In this document: positions 23,942-37,010 of the stretch, in pieces | How positions within the stretch are numbered: the first letter of the stretch is position 1 | Layout: the number at the start of each line of letters is the position of its first letter | From: Malacoraja senta | Lineage: Eukaryota | Direction of reading: 5' to 3' | Length of the DNA stretch: 64,000 nucleotides | Assembly: GCA_038087875.1 (NCBI GenBank) | Contig: CM075989.1 | Location: 18,106,001 to 18,170,000, forward strand | Made by a program: the position numbers and the translations under genes | The notes under the pieces: model-generated | What the model was told of the DNA's origin: nothing | The model's input: the letters and a program-made list of their open reading frames with translations, nothing else | Databases searched by the model: none

Positions 23942-24561
23942 GCTGGCAACGCTCTCCGTCATCATCGGTTCACAAGCCACGGATGGTTTTAAAATCTTTT
24001 TTTTTTCTCCCTCTCTCCAAATGGATTTCTAATGTTTTCACATATTTCACCATAGACTGCGCGCAAGGAGGCGAACTGAGGGCAGATTTTCTGTGACTGC
24101 CTGCCGCATAATGATTAATTTTAACTAAGTAATTAATTATAAAGTCAGCTGAAAAAAATGATGGTGTTAATTATTTAAAAGCAGCAGGTTCTACTGATGC
24201 AAATATTCCGTTCCAGGAGCGTGTCACCTTAATAGATGCCAGACGAATGAAAAATCAATACATTTTAATTGTGCCTCATATTTAAACCTTAATCAGCCTT
24301 GCCAAAAAAAACCCATAAGTTTCCCGAATTTGGTCAGTAATGATACCCCGTTTGGGACTGAAGGGGCGGGGCGAGTTGCATTTAGCTTAACTATTATTGA
24401 TTCTAGAATAATTTCAAGTCTATTGAATTCGCTTTTGGCGCAACGAGCAGCTTTCGGAGATCTGGGATGGGAACACTCCGTCGTGTGCTGGCTGTTGGCC
24501 AGTCCAAACACAAACCGCTGCAGGAACTCAGCGGGTCAGGCAGCATCCGTGGAGGAGATGG

Positions 24562-24798
24562 TCCAAGCGTAAACTAGGCGATGGTTTCGCCCTACACTTG
24601 CCCTCGGTCCGCCAAGGCCTGCTGGGTCTCCCGTTTGCTAGCCATTCCCATTCCCTTTCCCACACTGACCTTTCTGTCCAGGGACTCCTCCATTGCCAGA
24701 GTGAGGACACAAACAAACTGGAGGAACAGCTCCTCGTATTGCTCTTAGGTCGCTTACAACCCAATGGTATGATCACTGAATTCTCCAATTGCAAGTAA
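24562..24798 (+). mobile_element. Penelope-like element GIY-YIG endonuclease C-terminal fragment
   Basis: ...HSHSLSHTDLSVQGLLHCQSEDTNKLEEQLLVLLLGRLQPNGMITEFSNCK*. The PLE 3' region continues at ~25180-25550. Confidence 0.8.
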
Positions 24799-24974
24799 TA
24801 CCCTCCTCACCCCCCTCCTCACCTCCCAAGCATACACATTTCCCCTCTCATCTCTCACCACCCCACTCTCTCTGCTCTTTCCCCCTCCTCCATACACCCT
24901 TCTCCTACCCCCCAGGCCCAATTTTCTCTCTAATCCCCTCCCCTGTTCCCTTCCTCCCATATCCATTTTCATAA

Positions 24975-25175
24975 ATTATAGGATTAGAATTAGGCCATTT
25001 GGCCCATCGTCAGATCAGCCATTCACTCATGGCTGATCTATCTTTCTCTCTCAACCCCATTCTCCTGCCTTCTCCCCACAACCCCTGACACCCGTACTAA
25101 TCAAGAATCTATCAATTTCCACCTTAAAAATATCCATTGACTTAGCCTCCACAGCCTCCTGTGGCAATGAATTCC
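24975..25175 (-). mobile_element. CR1-type 3' fragment
   Basis: Reverse complement of the CR1 3' end. Confidence 0.8.
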
Positions 25176-25589
25176 TCCTGGAATATCCCTCCATCTGGCT
25201 CTGTATTTCATTCCTCCTCTTCTTTACTTAATGACAACCTTTTGTTTCCTTTTCACCTCTAGCCTTTGTCATTTATTGCATCCAGCTGCTAATCAGCCCT
25301 CTTCAACTGTATCCACCCATCGCATGCTAGGCTTTGTCCCACCTCCACCTGTCTTATCCAGCTTTCTCCCCACCCCCACCCACCCACCCACCCCCCAGTC
25401 CACCCCCACTCCCCCACTCCATCGGTCTAACGATGGGTCCCGGCCTGAAATGCCATCTGATCCATCCCCTCCGCAGATGCTGCCTAACCTGCTCATTTCC
25501 TATGGCATTTTGTTCAAGATTCCAGCGTCAGCAGTTCCTTGCGTCTCCATTGTTTTATGAGTTGCATAATTGCAATGAACAGTTATTAG

Positions 25590-25880
25590 TTTATAGTTTG
25601 GAAATACAGTGTTGAAACGGGCGCTTTGGCCCACAGAGTCCATGCTGACCAGCGATCACCCGTACGCTAGTTCTACCCTACATACATAAGGACAGTTTTG
25701 CAGAAGCCAATTAACCGACAAACCTGCACATCTTTGGAATGTGGGAGGAAAGCGGAGAAAACCCTCGTGGCCATGGGGAGAACGTGCCAACTCCGTACAG
25801 GCAACACCCGAGGTCAGGATCAAACCCAGGTTCCTGGCACTATGAGGTAGCAACTCCACTGCTATGCCACTGTGTCGCCC
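25590..25880 (-). mobile_element. HE1-type V-SINE
   Basis: Reverse complement of the consensus. Confidence 0.85.
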
Positions 25881-26407
25881 CTTAAAGTTAAAGGTTACTG
25901 GACAGATGAATAAAACAGTTACTTATTTATTTATTATGATACAGAGGGAGGCCTCCTGAGTTACCCCAGCTTTTTGTGCCTTTCTTCAGAGGGAGACTAT
26001 ATGAGCTGTTGCTAGCTCCTAGCAGTTCTATTCACCTACTTATTTTCTTTTAGCTTATCCTCTCTCATACGCCCATTCATCAAGCTACATATCGGGGTGA
26101 TTTATCGGAGCCACTTAACCTACCAGCACATCTTTGGAATGTGTCAGAGCACCCAGCCACCACACGCACACACACACACACAGTCACAGGGTGTACATGC
26201 AAACTCAGCACAGACCCTAACCAAGGGCAGGATTGAATCAGTATCACTGGAGCAGCACTAACTGCTGTATCACTGTGCTGGCCATTGTAATAAAACAATT
26301 GAGGACGCATCGTTGAGTGAATCAAAGGATTTGGATTATTTACTGTGATTATACCTTGACCTAATTGATGTGATGGGACAGGCTTGAGGGGCTGAATGGC
26401 CTTCCAT

Positions 26408-26740
26408 AGAAACATTGAAAATAGGTACAGGAGTAGGCTTTTCGGCCCCTTCGAGCCAGCACCGCCAATCAATATGCTCATGGCTGATCATCCAAAATCA
26501 GTACCCCGTTCCTGCTTTCTCCGCCATATGCCTTGATTCCATTAGCCCTAAGAGCGAAATCTAACTCTCCCTTCAAAACATCCTGTGAACTGGCCTCCCT
26601 TGCCTTCTGTGGCAGAGAATTCCACAGATTCACAACTCCCTGGGTGAAAAAGCTTTTCCTCATCTCAGTACTAAATGGCCTACCCTTTAATCTTACACCG
26701 TGACCCCTTGTTCTGGACACCCCCAACATGGGGAACATTT
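26408..26740 (-). mobile_element. CR1-type LINE 3' fragment
   Basis: MFPMLGVSRTRGHGVRLKGRPFSTEMRKSFFTQGVVNLWNSLPQ. Confidence 0.9.
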
Positions 26741-27182
26741 GCACCTGGATAACTTCCCTATCCTACGATCCTTCCCTGTGGAGTGCGAACATGGGTGGGT
26801 CACTGAGGCGGGGTGTGGTAGGCTCTGGTGTTCAGTGACATTGATTGAGGGACAGAGATTATCCAGAGCGGACTTGGCGGCTCTTCTTACAGATAGTGGT
26901 CCCCAGATTAAGTTTACATCTGAAATGTGGCATCTTCAACACCACTGTAATGCATTGGGAGTTCCTGTCTGGATTTCCAAGTCTCCAGACTGCCTCTCAT
27001 AGCCTCAGAGCTGAGAGCTCTACCGACTGATTCATGGCTGACTTTAACAACAGCATTGCTCTTTACTCACTCATTCTACACGCATTTGTGACACATTTGC
27101 CTGTGGGGGTCATCACCGCTAAGCTTGATTTCTCCTTTAGTTTTCAATCACACTTACATTCCCCCCTTGGAAGAATTTCACC

Positions 27183-27503
27183 TTAGTTTAAGGATACAGC
27201 ATGGAAACAGGCCCTTCGGCCCACCGAATCCACACCAACCATCGATCACCCACTCGCACTACCTTTCTGCTATCCCACTTTCCCATCCACTCCGTACTCA
27301 TTAGAGGCAATTTTATAGATCCCAATCAACTTACAAACTCGCATATCCTTGGGATGTGGGAGGAAACTAGAGCACCCAGAGGAAACCGATACGGTCACAG
27401 GAAGAAGGTGCAAACTCCACACTGAACAGCACCCGGGGTCAGGATCAAACCTGGGTCTCTGGCACTGTGAAGCAGTGGCTCTACCAGCTGTGCCACTGTG
27501 CCA
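27183..27503 (-). mobile_element. V-SINE (older subfamily)
   Basis: Reverse complement of the consensus. Confidence 0.85.
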
Positions 27504-27909
27504 CTCTTAATGTCCTGATACAGTGTCAGAATTTTGCCTAATGACTTCCACTCACTGCTCCCAGAGTGTGAATCCAATTTCAAGGCCAGCATACATCTAA
27601 AACGAGAAGGCAGAGATTCAGGAGGCTAATGGGGAAGCAGAAGGTAAATAGACACAAAGTGCTGGAGTAACTCAACCGGAAGCATTACAGCAGTGGAAAT
27701 AAGCAGGATGAGCAGTCAGAATGTATCTTGGCTTCAAACATGTCACCAAGGTTAGAAACACCCTGGTTTAGACTCAGATGGTTGAAAGCTGGTGAATTCC
27801 TGTACATTGGTGGAGCTGCATACTAAATCTCGTTGCACTGACGTGCAATGACAATAAAAGATATTATTATTAATTGGAGTCAATGGTTATTAATTGAATT
27901 GCAGAAAAT

Positions 27910-28170
27910 GACAGAGCGCTGGAGTAACTCAGCGGGTCAGGCAGCATCTCTGGAGAACATGGATAGGTGACGTTTCGGGTCGGAATCCTTCTTCAGACTG
28001 GTCTAAGGGGAGGAGTTCAGAGGGGATTCGAGGAAGAAGGTTTTCAGCCAGAAGTTAATTGGAAGCTTGAAGGTAGACAAAAGTGCTGGAGAAACTCAGC
28101 GGGTGCAGCAGCATCTATGGAGCGAAGGAAATAGGCAACATTTCGGGCCGAAACCCTCCTTCAGACTGAG
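27910..28170 (-). mobile_element. Two PLE-derived repeats from two subfamilies, each with a hammerhead-like motif
   Basis: Motifs at 27969-27996 and ~28137-28164. Confidence 0.75.
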
Positions 28171-28978
28171 AAGCTTGCCTGAGGGATGGACGATAAAATC
28201 TTTCACAACCTTTAAGAAGCATTGACAGGAGCACTTGAAAGATCAAGGAGTAGAAGGTTAGTGAAGGACTGCAGGCTTTCCCGGAGAAACTATGTGTTGC
28301 AGGCAGTATATCATGGAATGCTCCATGTTGGAATGGTTGTGGGCTCAGGCTCTGCTTCCAGAACCTGGGTACAGAATGCCACATGGCACTGCTGAAGAAA
28401 TGATTCCCAGAGAGAGCTGCATCCTATGACGTTAGATGACAAATGGATAGAAGATAAAGCACAAAAAGCTGGAGTAACTCAGCGGGTCAGTCCGCATCTC
28501 CGGAAAATAGGTGACATTTCGGGTTGAGACCCTTCTTCAGACCTATGGATAGGAAAGGTTTAGAGGGATGTGGGCCAAACATGGGCAAATGGGACTATCT
28601 TAGATGGGGCATCTCGGTAGAATGGGCAAGTTGGGCTGAAGGGTCTGTTTCTGTGCAGTTTGACACTATGACCAGGACAGCAATGCCTTCCTAGTGGGAT
28701 GTCAAAGATCCCTCGGCTTGCCCTTGAAGACAAGTTATTCCCTTTATGATATATCTGCACACTGTGGATGGCTCGATTGTAATCATGTATTGTCTTTCCG
28801 CTGGCTGGTTAGCACACAACAAAAGTTTTTCACTGTCACCTCAGTACACGAGAATAAAGGAAAGTAAAATAAAGTAAACAAGTCGGGAACACCCTGAACA
28901 TCCTGTCCCATCAACACCACTGGCCAACATTGTGTCTGAAGAAAGGTCTCGACCCGAAAAATCACCCATTCCTTCTCT

Positions 28979-28980
<2 letters not shown>

Positions 28981-29012
<32 letters not shown>

Positions 29013-29971
29013 TTTTTTTTTTTAATAATTTTTTAATAGAAGTACGGTAGATTACAGTAATGTACAACACGTATATATTAATACATTTTTTGTACCGCTT
29101 CACTTTTTTAAACTTTAAGAAAGAAAAAGAAAGAAGTAAGAAAAGTGAAGAAAGTGCGCAAAGGTTGTGAAGTGCAAAAGAGTGTTGGGAAAAGAAAGCC
29201 CCTTAGAAAAGAAGTTAGAGAAGGAAGTAAAGTTAGAAAATAGACCCTAGAAAAGAAAGAGAAAGAAAGAAGGAACAATCGCTCTATTATAACTCTTATA
29301 ACATACTTCATAGAGAAGGAACTACCAACCAAGTCTGTTTTTGTTTTACCTCCCATTACCAGGTCCAGATACCTTTTATTTATTTATTTGTTTTTCTAAA
29401 TTACTATTGCACCTCATGCTTGTAATAGGTCCAAAAACGTAGACCACGTCTTTTGAAATTGGTCTACTTTGCCTACTAGGAGGAATCTCATCTCTTCCAG
29501 ATGTAATGTTTCCAACATATTTGATGTCCACATTTTTATTGTTGGTGTGGGCGCATTTTTCCAGAATTTAAGTATAAGCTTTTTTCCCATTATTAGCCCA
29601 TAATTGAGTAAATTCTTCTGATACACGTTTAATTCAGGAATATCTTCCGATATTCCAAAAATAATCCATTCTGGTTTTGGTACCAGTTTTATTTTGATTA
29701 ATTTTGAAAAAATATCAAATATTTCAAACCAGAATTTTTGGATTTTTGTACAAAAAACAAAAGAATGTGCTATGGTAGCTTCTTGACATATACATTTATC
29801 ACAGATTGGTGAGACGTTAGGAAAGATTTTATTTAGTTTGGTTTTTGAATAATATAATCTATGTAATGTTTTAAATTGGATAAGCGTATGTCGTACGTTG
29901 ATCGAGCATTTATGCACCTGTAATAAATGATTATCCCAACTCTCTTTTGAAATTTTTATACCTAGATCTTG
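28981..29971 (-). mobile_element. 5'-truncated L1-clade LINE (ORF2 C-terminus, 3' UTR, poly(A))
   Basis: Open frame ending at 29414: FKTLHRLYY...CDKC...HSFVFC (CCHC knuckle)...ILKFWK. Poly(T) run 28981-29022; TSD TTCTCTCC at 28973-28980 and 29972-29979; inserted in a PLE repeat. Confidence 0.9.
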
Positions 29972-30424
29972 TTCTCTCCTGAGATGCTGTCTTTCCCGCT
30001 GAGTTACTCCAGCTTTTTGTGTCTGTCTTCGGTTTAAACCAGCATCTGCAGTTCCTTCCCTGCACATCACACATCTGTTTGCGGGAGATAGCCGTGCTTA
30101 AATTCAATGCCCTTTCTCCCACATTAGAACAGTATAAACCATTACTGAAAGCATGTTATATAAATGTTATATAAACACGTCTTTAATGCATTGGACACGA
30201 GTGCAGAACTGAAGGGAGTCCATCGGAGTGGGAAAGTGGCACAGAAATTGTTCAAAGCTCGGATGGGCAGGTCAGTTAGGAAAGAAAGAATACTTTATTG
30301 TCACTAGTTTCAAGTCACAATGAAACTCTACGCTTGCATACCCAAGGTATGCAAATAGTCGCTACATAAGGGCACTGACAAAGTTACAAAGTATACACAG
30401 TATCCACGCCAGGTTCCCCTTTGT

Positions 30425-30549
30425 GTGGGAAGGAACTGCCGATGCTGGTTTAAACCCTAGACACAAAAAAACCTGGAGTAACTCAGCGGGACAGGCAGCA
30501 TCTCTGGAGAGAAGGAATGGGTGACATGTCGGGTCGAGACCCTGTTTCT
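30425..30549 (-). mobile_element. PLE-derived mini-element with 16-bp TSD
   Basis: CCAGGTTCCCCTTTGT 30409-30424 vs CCAGGTCCCCCTTTGT 30550-30565. Confidence 0.8.
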
Positions 30550-31482
30550 CCAGGTCCCCCTTTGTCCTCCCCCTCTCCTCACCTCCCCCCCCCCCACGCC
30601 GGGTCCTGCAGTGTCCATTGTTCTCCCCCCTCCCTCACGGCCCCCCCCCCCCCCATGCTGGGTCCTCCTTTGTTCCTTCCCTAGGAAGGAAGACATTGAG
30701 GAAATACCAGGAGAATCTGAGTGTAACTCATGGGGAATGAACTGGACTGAGTGGTGTGATTTTCCTTCAAGGAGGCAGAGCAGGATGCCAGATAGATGTT
30801 TGTTACTGTTTGGCCGGCTTATAGAGAGGCACAGGCTGGAAAAGCAGGGGGGGGGTGGGAGATGTCCTATATCTGTGACATTTGGAGAATCTTTGCTAAA
30901 TTTTGTTATGTGCAGGATAATGAAAACAGTCTTTAATACTGGTCCCGCCTCAGATAATTGTTTTTCTTCTCGCTTTTATGAATAGATAGATGGCTCTTCC
31001 ATCCAAAATGGATTTTGCCGCTTCATCAATTTAACTCGAGTCTTGAGGAACTTAATTTCCACAATTAGAAACGTCTCCACTTCAAGTTGGAAACATTGAC
31101 GGAGCATGTATAATAACAGAAAGCTTGAGCTAAGGTTACAATTTTCCTTCCGGGAGGCTGATTATCAAACTCATCTGGGAACAGCAAACTGGTGAAATCC
31201 ATGTTCAACTCATTATCACATGGGGGGGTTACCATCTGGGCGTTATATAAGGCAATTCTGGGCACTGGGGTCGATAAACCTGGATGACCCTGTGCCCCGT
31301 TTAGATTGGCCCAAGTTTTGGCAGAAGGTTTGGGGATGGAAAGGAATTAAAGTCCGATTTTGGAGAAATTTTAAACCCCACCTGAATGTGAGGGTTTTGG
31401 ATTTTAATGAACCGAGACCCAAATCCGACGCAGGTTGCAGGTTTCTGGCGAGTTCAGGAGGGGGTCCAGGGAAGAACCACAC

Positions 31483-31767
31483 TTTAGTTTAGTTTAGTTT
31501 AGAGATACAGCGAGGAAACAGGCCCTTCCGCCCACCGGGTCCGTGCCGACCAGCGATCCCCGCACAGTAACACCATCCAACACACGCTAGGGACAATTTT
31601 TACATTTACCAATTAACCTACAAACCTGTATGTTTTTGGAGTGTGGGAGCAAACCGAAAATCTCTGAGAAAACCCACGCAGGTCAAGGGGAGAACGTACA
31701 AACTCCGTACAGGCAGCACCCGTAGTCGGGATCGAACCCAGGTCTCCGGCGTTGCATTCGCTGTAAA
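31483..31767 (-). mobile_element. HE1-type V-SINE
   Basis: Reverse complement of the consensus. Confidence 0.9.
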
Positions 31768-31784
31768 GATGTATTGTGTTCAGT

Positions 31785-32206
31785 TTTGACTCCATTTTTA
31801 CCTGACGCTGCCTTGACAAGGCCAGCAGCATAATCAAGGTCGAGTCGCACCCCAGCCACTCCCTCTTCTCCCCTTTCTCTTCGGGCAAAAGATATAGCAG
31901 TGTGAAAACGCACACCTCCAAATTCAGTAACAATTGTCGGGCAATTGAATCATCCCACCACAACCAGAGAGCAGTCCTGAACTACTATCTACCTCATCGG
32001 GGACCCTCTTACTACCTTTGGACTTTACTGGCTTTATCTTGCACTAAATGTTATTCCCTTATCATGTATCTGTACATTACGAATGGCTCGATTGCCATCA
32101 TGTATTAACATTCCACTGACTAGTTAGCACGCAACAAAAGCTTTTCACTGTATGTCGGTACATGTGTCAATAAACTAAACTGAACTAAACTAAACTGAAA
32201 CTGAAC
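31785..32206 (+). mobile_element. Rex1/Babar-type LINE 3' end
   Basis: KTHTSKFSN motif; 3' UTR ends ...ttcactgtatgtcggtacatgtgtcaataaa(ctaaa)n. Confidence 0.75.
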
Positions 32207-32394
32207 AGTTTTGAACACCCTGCTACAGAAAAGTTAATAAATTCATGTTATAGGAGCCAAATTTGGCCATTTGGCACATCAAGTCTACTCTGCCATTCAA
32301 TCATGGCTGATCTATCTTTCCCTCTCAACCCCATTCTCCTGCTTCTCCCTATAACCCCCTGACACCATTACTAAAAGACCTAAAAAATGCCTTT

Positions 32395-32810
32395 AATTGG
32401 AAAGAGTGCAGAGGAGATTTATAGGTATATTTCTAGAACTCGAGGGCCTGAGTTATAGGGAGAGGTTGGGCAGCCTTGGATTTTATTCTTTGGAGCGCAG
32501 GAGGTTGAGGAGTGATCTTATAGAGGGGTACAAATTCACGAGGGGAACAGATATGCACAGTCTTTTATTCTGGGTTTGGGAATCAAGAACAAGAGAGCAA
32601 AGGTTTAAGGTGAAAGGGGAAAGATTTCATAGGAACCCATAGGTGGTGGGTATATGGAACGAGCTGCCAGAGGAGGTAGTTGAGGCAGGTACAATAACAA
32701 CATTTAAAATACATTTAGACAGGTACATGGAATGGGAAGGTTTAGAGGGATATGGGCCAAATGCAGGCTGGTGGGATTATGTAGTTGGGGCATCTTGGTT
32801 GGTAAGGACA
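32395..32810 (+). mobile_element. CR1-type LINE 3' fragment
   Basis: ERVQRRFI...LSYRERL...SLERRRLRSDLIE...WNELPEEVVEAGTITTFK. Confidence 0.9.
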
Positions 32811-33067
32811 AGTTCTCGATTCCTCAATGCATTTATCCTATCTATTCTTCTATTCATCTCATGAGCTTATAAACCTCTATAAGATTGGCCCTTATACTCT
32901 TGCATTCTAAGGAATAAACTCCTAGGCTGCTCGACCTCCCCCTTCAGCTCACATCCTCGAGTCCTGGCAAAACGACAAAACTAAAGCCAACATGGACTCA
33001 AAGGCCCGAATGGCCTCATTTGTATGTGGAATGGGAAAATGAGTGCATGCAATGCACGTACGCTACC

Positions 33068-33247
33068 TCCCTCTTTCAAGAGGGAGTTACATATATCTCT
33101 TAGGGCTAAAGGAATCAAGGGATATGGGGAAAAAGCAGAACGGGGTACTGATTTTGGATGATCAGCCATGATCATATTGAATGGTAGCGCTGCCTCAAAG
33201 GGCCGAATGGCCTACACCTGCACCTCTTTTCTACGTTTCTATGTTTC
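33068..33247 (+). mobile_element. CR1-type 3' end
   Basis: Matches the end of 59133-59717. Confidence 0.8.
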
Positions 33248-33517
33248 TCCTCCAATGAAGTATAGTTAGACTACCTCCCCCCCAGTAATGATGTTTATTA
33301 GAATAAGTTTAAACAGAGCCTGCCCAGTTTAGTCTGATCTAGTCCAAGCCTGGGGGGCTTATGATTTTTTTCAATGGTATCAAGAACGCCACACCCGTCT
33401 GGGATGGGTTTTGACAGCCAGGCTCAGCGAGGGAAGCCCATACTGCTCCATGATCCATGTATCATCACATCATCATTTGGGCGGCTGTTCTTAGTGCTCA
33501 GAATGGATCGCTGGCAG

Positions 33518-33519
33518 GT

Positions 33520-33553
<34 letters not shown>
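33518..33553. repeat. (GT)n microsatellite
   Basis: Direct reading. Confidence 0.95.
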
Positions 33554-33556
<3 letters not shown>

Positions 33557-34367
33557 CCATTAAAACAGGTTCTGACGGATGCTGGGAGCTACGGAACATG
33601 TACCAACTCCTCATGAACAACTGCGTGTAATTGTGTCATACATGTGATTACACATCATTGAGTCACATGCATCCAACTCATTCACACATTAAACAAAAGA
33701 CAACATTCAGCTCATCTGATGCGTCTGCACCTGGGTGGAATTACAGTGGGAGGTCGTTTATAACTGGAGGTGGCAGGAACTGTGAGTTTACAGAATGTCA
33801 CAACTCACCTTCAGGTGGAACTTATTACAGTTTCTTGGCACCGCAAGTTGCTTCATTCCTTGGAATGGAAGCTTTTCCAGTTCATATACATTTTGTTTTC
33901 AACATTATTATTGGACACAGACCCTTTCCAATGTATTGGCCAGCCTAAACTGTCTGTTGTACCGCCTGCTGGTTAACAATCAAAGCGCTGGAGGAATCCA
34001 GCGGGTCAGGCAGCAGTTAGTTTAGTTTATTGATGTCACATGTGTCGGGGTACAGTGGAAAGCTTTTGTTGCGTGCTAACCAGTCAGCCTAAAGACAATA
34101 CATGATTACAATCGAGCCGTTCACTGTGTACAGATACATGATAATGGGAATAATGTCAGGAATGTGGAGGAATTGGACAGACGACGTTTCAGGTTGGGAG
34201 CAGACTAATGACGTGGCGGGGGTGGGGGGGGGGGGGGGATGGAGCAAAGCCTGGTAAGTGATACATAGATACAGGTAAGGGGGGGGGGGTTTAATGGGGG
34301 AAGAATCTGCCCATTCCCTCCCAAGATACTGCCTGACCCGCTGAGTTTGTCCAGTGCTTTGTGTTTT

Positions 34368-34645
34368 ATAGACAATAGACAATAGGTGCAGGAGTAGGCC
34401 ATTCGAGCCAGCACCGCCATTCAATGTGATCATGGCTGATCATCCCCAATCAGTACCCCGTTCCTGCCTTCTCCCCATATCCCCTGACTCTGCTATCTTT
34501 AAGAGCCCTATCTAGCTCTCTCTTGAAAGCATCCAGAGAACCGGCCTCCACCGCCCTCTGAGGCAGAGAATTCCACAGACTCACCACTCTCTGTGAGAAA
34601 AAGTGTTTCCTCGTCTCCGTTCTAAATGGCTTACCCCTTATTCTT
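34368..34645 (-). mobile_element. CR1-type LINE 3' fragment
   Basis: RIRGKPFRTETRKHFFSQRVVSLWNSLPQRAVEAGSLDAFKRELDRAL. Confidence 0.9.
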
Positions 34646-34832
34646 TTGTTCAAGGCTCCAGCATCTGCAGTCTTCTGTGTCTCAAATCATAGCTCAGGAT
34701 ATTGTTGTGAAGGGAAAATGCAGATAAGAGTTGAAGAATCTCAGCACAAATAGGTTTCTGGCAATGGATATTCCAATCTCTGCACTCCAAGTGCATTAGA
34801 TTATCTTTGGAGGGCACCGTTGAAACCTATTG

Positions 34833-35267
34833 CTTTAGACTTTAGACTTCAGTGATACGGCGCGGAAACAGACCCATCAGCCCACCGTGCCAACCAGTGA
34901 TCACCCTGTATACTAAACCATACACACTGGGGACATTTTACAATTGTTGAATCAATGCATATTAATCTACTTTGTAGCTTCCTTGTGCTCTGGTATTATA
35001 TTTCATTCTTCACATGTTTAAATTATAATGTTTTTAATTGTCTACTATATATCGTGTTGTTACTTGTGAGCAAAGCACCAAGGCAAATTCCTTGTATGTA
35101 TACATACTTGGCTAATAAAATGTATTCATTCATCTACAAACCTGTACGTCTTAGGAGTGTGGGAGGAAACCGGAGAACGTACAAACTCCGTACAGACAGC
35201 ACCCGTAGTCGGGATCGATCCCGGGCCTCTGGCGCTGTACGGCAGCAACTCTACCCCTGCGCTGCAC
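34833..35267 (-). mobile_element. HE1-type V-SINE interrupted by an AT-rich retroposon 3' tail (~34946-35132)
   Basis: SINE halves flank an insert ending aataaaatgt(attc)n. Confidence 0.75.
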
Positions 35268-35429
35268 TCTTGTATGAAGCTACATCGAGTGTTGTAGAAA
35301 CACAATTAGTTATTGTTAATGTATCAGGAACAAAGTTGTAGTCTCTTGAAATCCAAGCTGCATTGAGGTAATCACACGGGCAGATGTTCAGCTTTCCAGA
35401 GCACACAGTTAATTTAACAAACCTAGAGG

Positions 35430-35800
35430 AGGTGTGTATATGGAACAAGCTGCCTGGGGGAGGTGGTTGAGAACAGCATATAAAAAACATTTGGACAGGA
35501 ACATGGACAGGAAATGTTTAGAGGGATATGGGCCAAACACGGGCAGGTGGCACTAGCTTAGCGGGAACATTTTGGTTGACATGGATGAGTAGGGCTGAAG
35601 GGCCTGTTTCCATGCTGTATGATATAGAAACATAGAAACATTGAAAATAGGTGCAGGAGGAGGCCATTCGGCCCTTCGAGCCAGCACCGCCATTCATTGC
35701 GATTGTGGCTGATCGTCCCCAATCAATAACCCATGCCTGCCTTCTCCCCATATCCCTTGATTCCACTAGCCCCTAGAGCTCTATCTAACTCTCTCTTAAA
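35430..35800. mobile_element. Two CR1 3' ends tail-to-tail (35430-35622 plus, 35625-35800 minus)
   Basis: Match other CR1 3' ends in the window. Confidence 0.8.
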
Positions 35801-37010
35801 TCAGTCTATCACTCTGTGACTCTCGTTTAGGAGTGATAGACTGAAGGGTCTCGACCCGAAACGTCACCTATTCCTTCCCTCCAGAGATGCTGCCTGTCCC
35901 GCCGAGTTACTCCAGCATTTTGTGTGTATCTTCGGGATGGAGTATTTCAGATTTTCTCCGCACCACAGCTTAAAATGCTTTAAACACAGCTGTTTTTAAC
36001 ACACAGCTAGGATGCTGCCAAGATGCTGCCCAACCCAGGCGACTGTTTGCGCGCTAGCCACAGAAGCAGATCTCCAATCACATATTACAATCACTCCACA
36101 CTTAAATCTATCCATACACTGGCTCGATTGTAATCATGTATTGTCTTTCTGCTGACTGGTTAGCACACAACAAAAGCTTTTCACTGTACTTCGGTACACG
36201 TGACAATAGACTTAACTGAACTGAAACTGAACTGAATTGAATAGAATAGAATACTTTGTTGTCACAAGTGACAGGTCACAGTGAAGTTCTTTGCTTGCGT
36301 ACCTTGCCAAGGTATGCGAATAGCCACCCACAAGGGGCGCTTACAAAGTTACAAATCCCCCCCCCCCAGTCCAGTTCCCCCTTATTCTTTCCCCCCTCCT
36401 CCCCCCTCACGGCGGTCCTCCCAAGCTGGGTCCTCCTGGCTCTACCCCCTCCCCCACTACAGTCCTCCCAAGCCGGGTCCTCCTTTCTTCCTTCCCTCCG
36501 AACATCTGCAGCTGCTTAGATCCTGCTACGGGGCTGTGACCCTGTGACCTGCGTACACTTCTCTCCAACTTTACACTCGCCAGCCATGAAGCCGATCCCT
36601 GTGGTGAGGAGGAGGCTCCACTGATAGAGTGCAAACTCCGACCACAAATGCAGGGATGGTTTCCCTGGCTAACGTATAGAAGTGGCCGTAACCTACGGTG
36701 TGTGAGTGTACTTGAGTTCTCTCAGCCCCCTGCTTTAAAGGATGGGTGATTCCAGTGGATCGGATATCTTATGTAAGGAGTGCCGTCGACAAAGAATTGA
36801 TTATTTGTCTTTGGTTAAACACTACTGGTGTTACGCACTATTACTCCCAAAAGATTGCTGGGATATAATTTTGTGGAATGGGTAACCTTTAAATGATGAA
36901 AATAGTATTGATGTTATAGATAAATAATGTTGACAAGTATACAAACCTAAAGGAGATTGTTTGATTAGAAGAATATTTAAACAACTGCTACTGTTACACG
37001 ACAGTAACAA

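Noticed and set aside
29414..30070. 218-aa minus-strand ORF as a host gene
   Set aside because: It is a chimera: the N-terminus is the PLE repeat read backwards and the rest is a 5'-truncated L1 ORF2.
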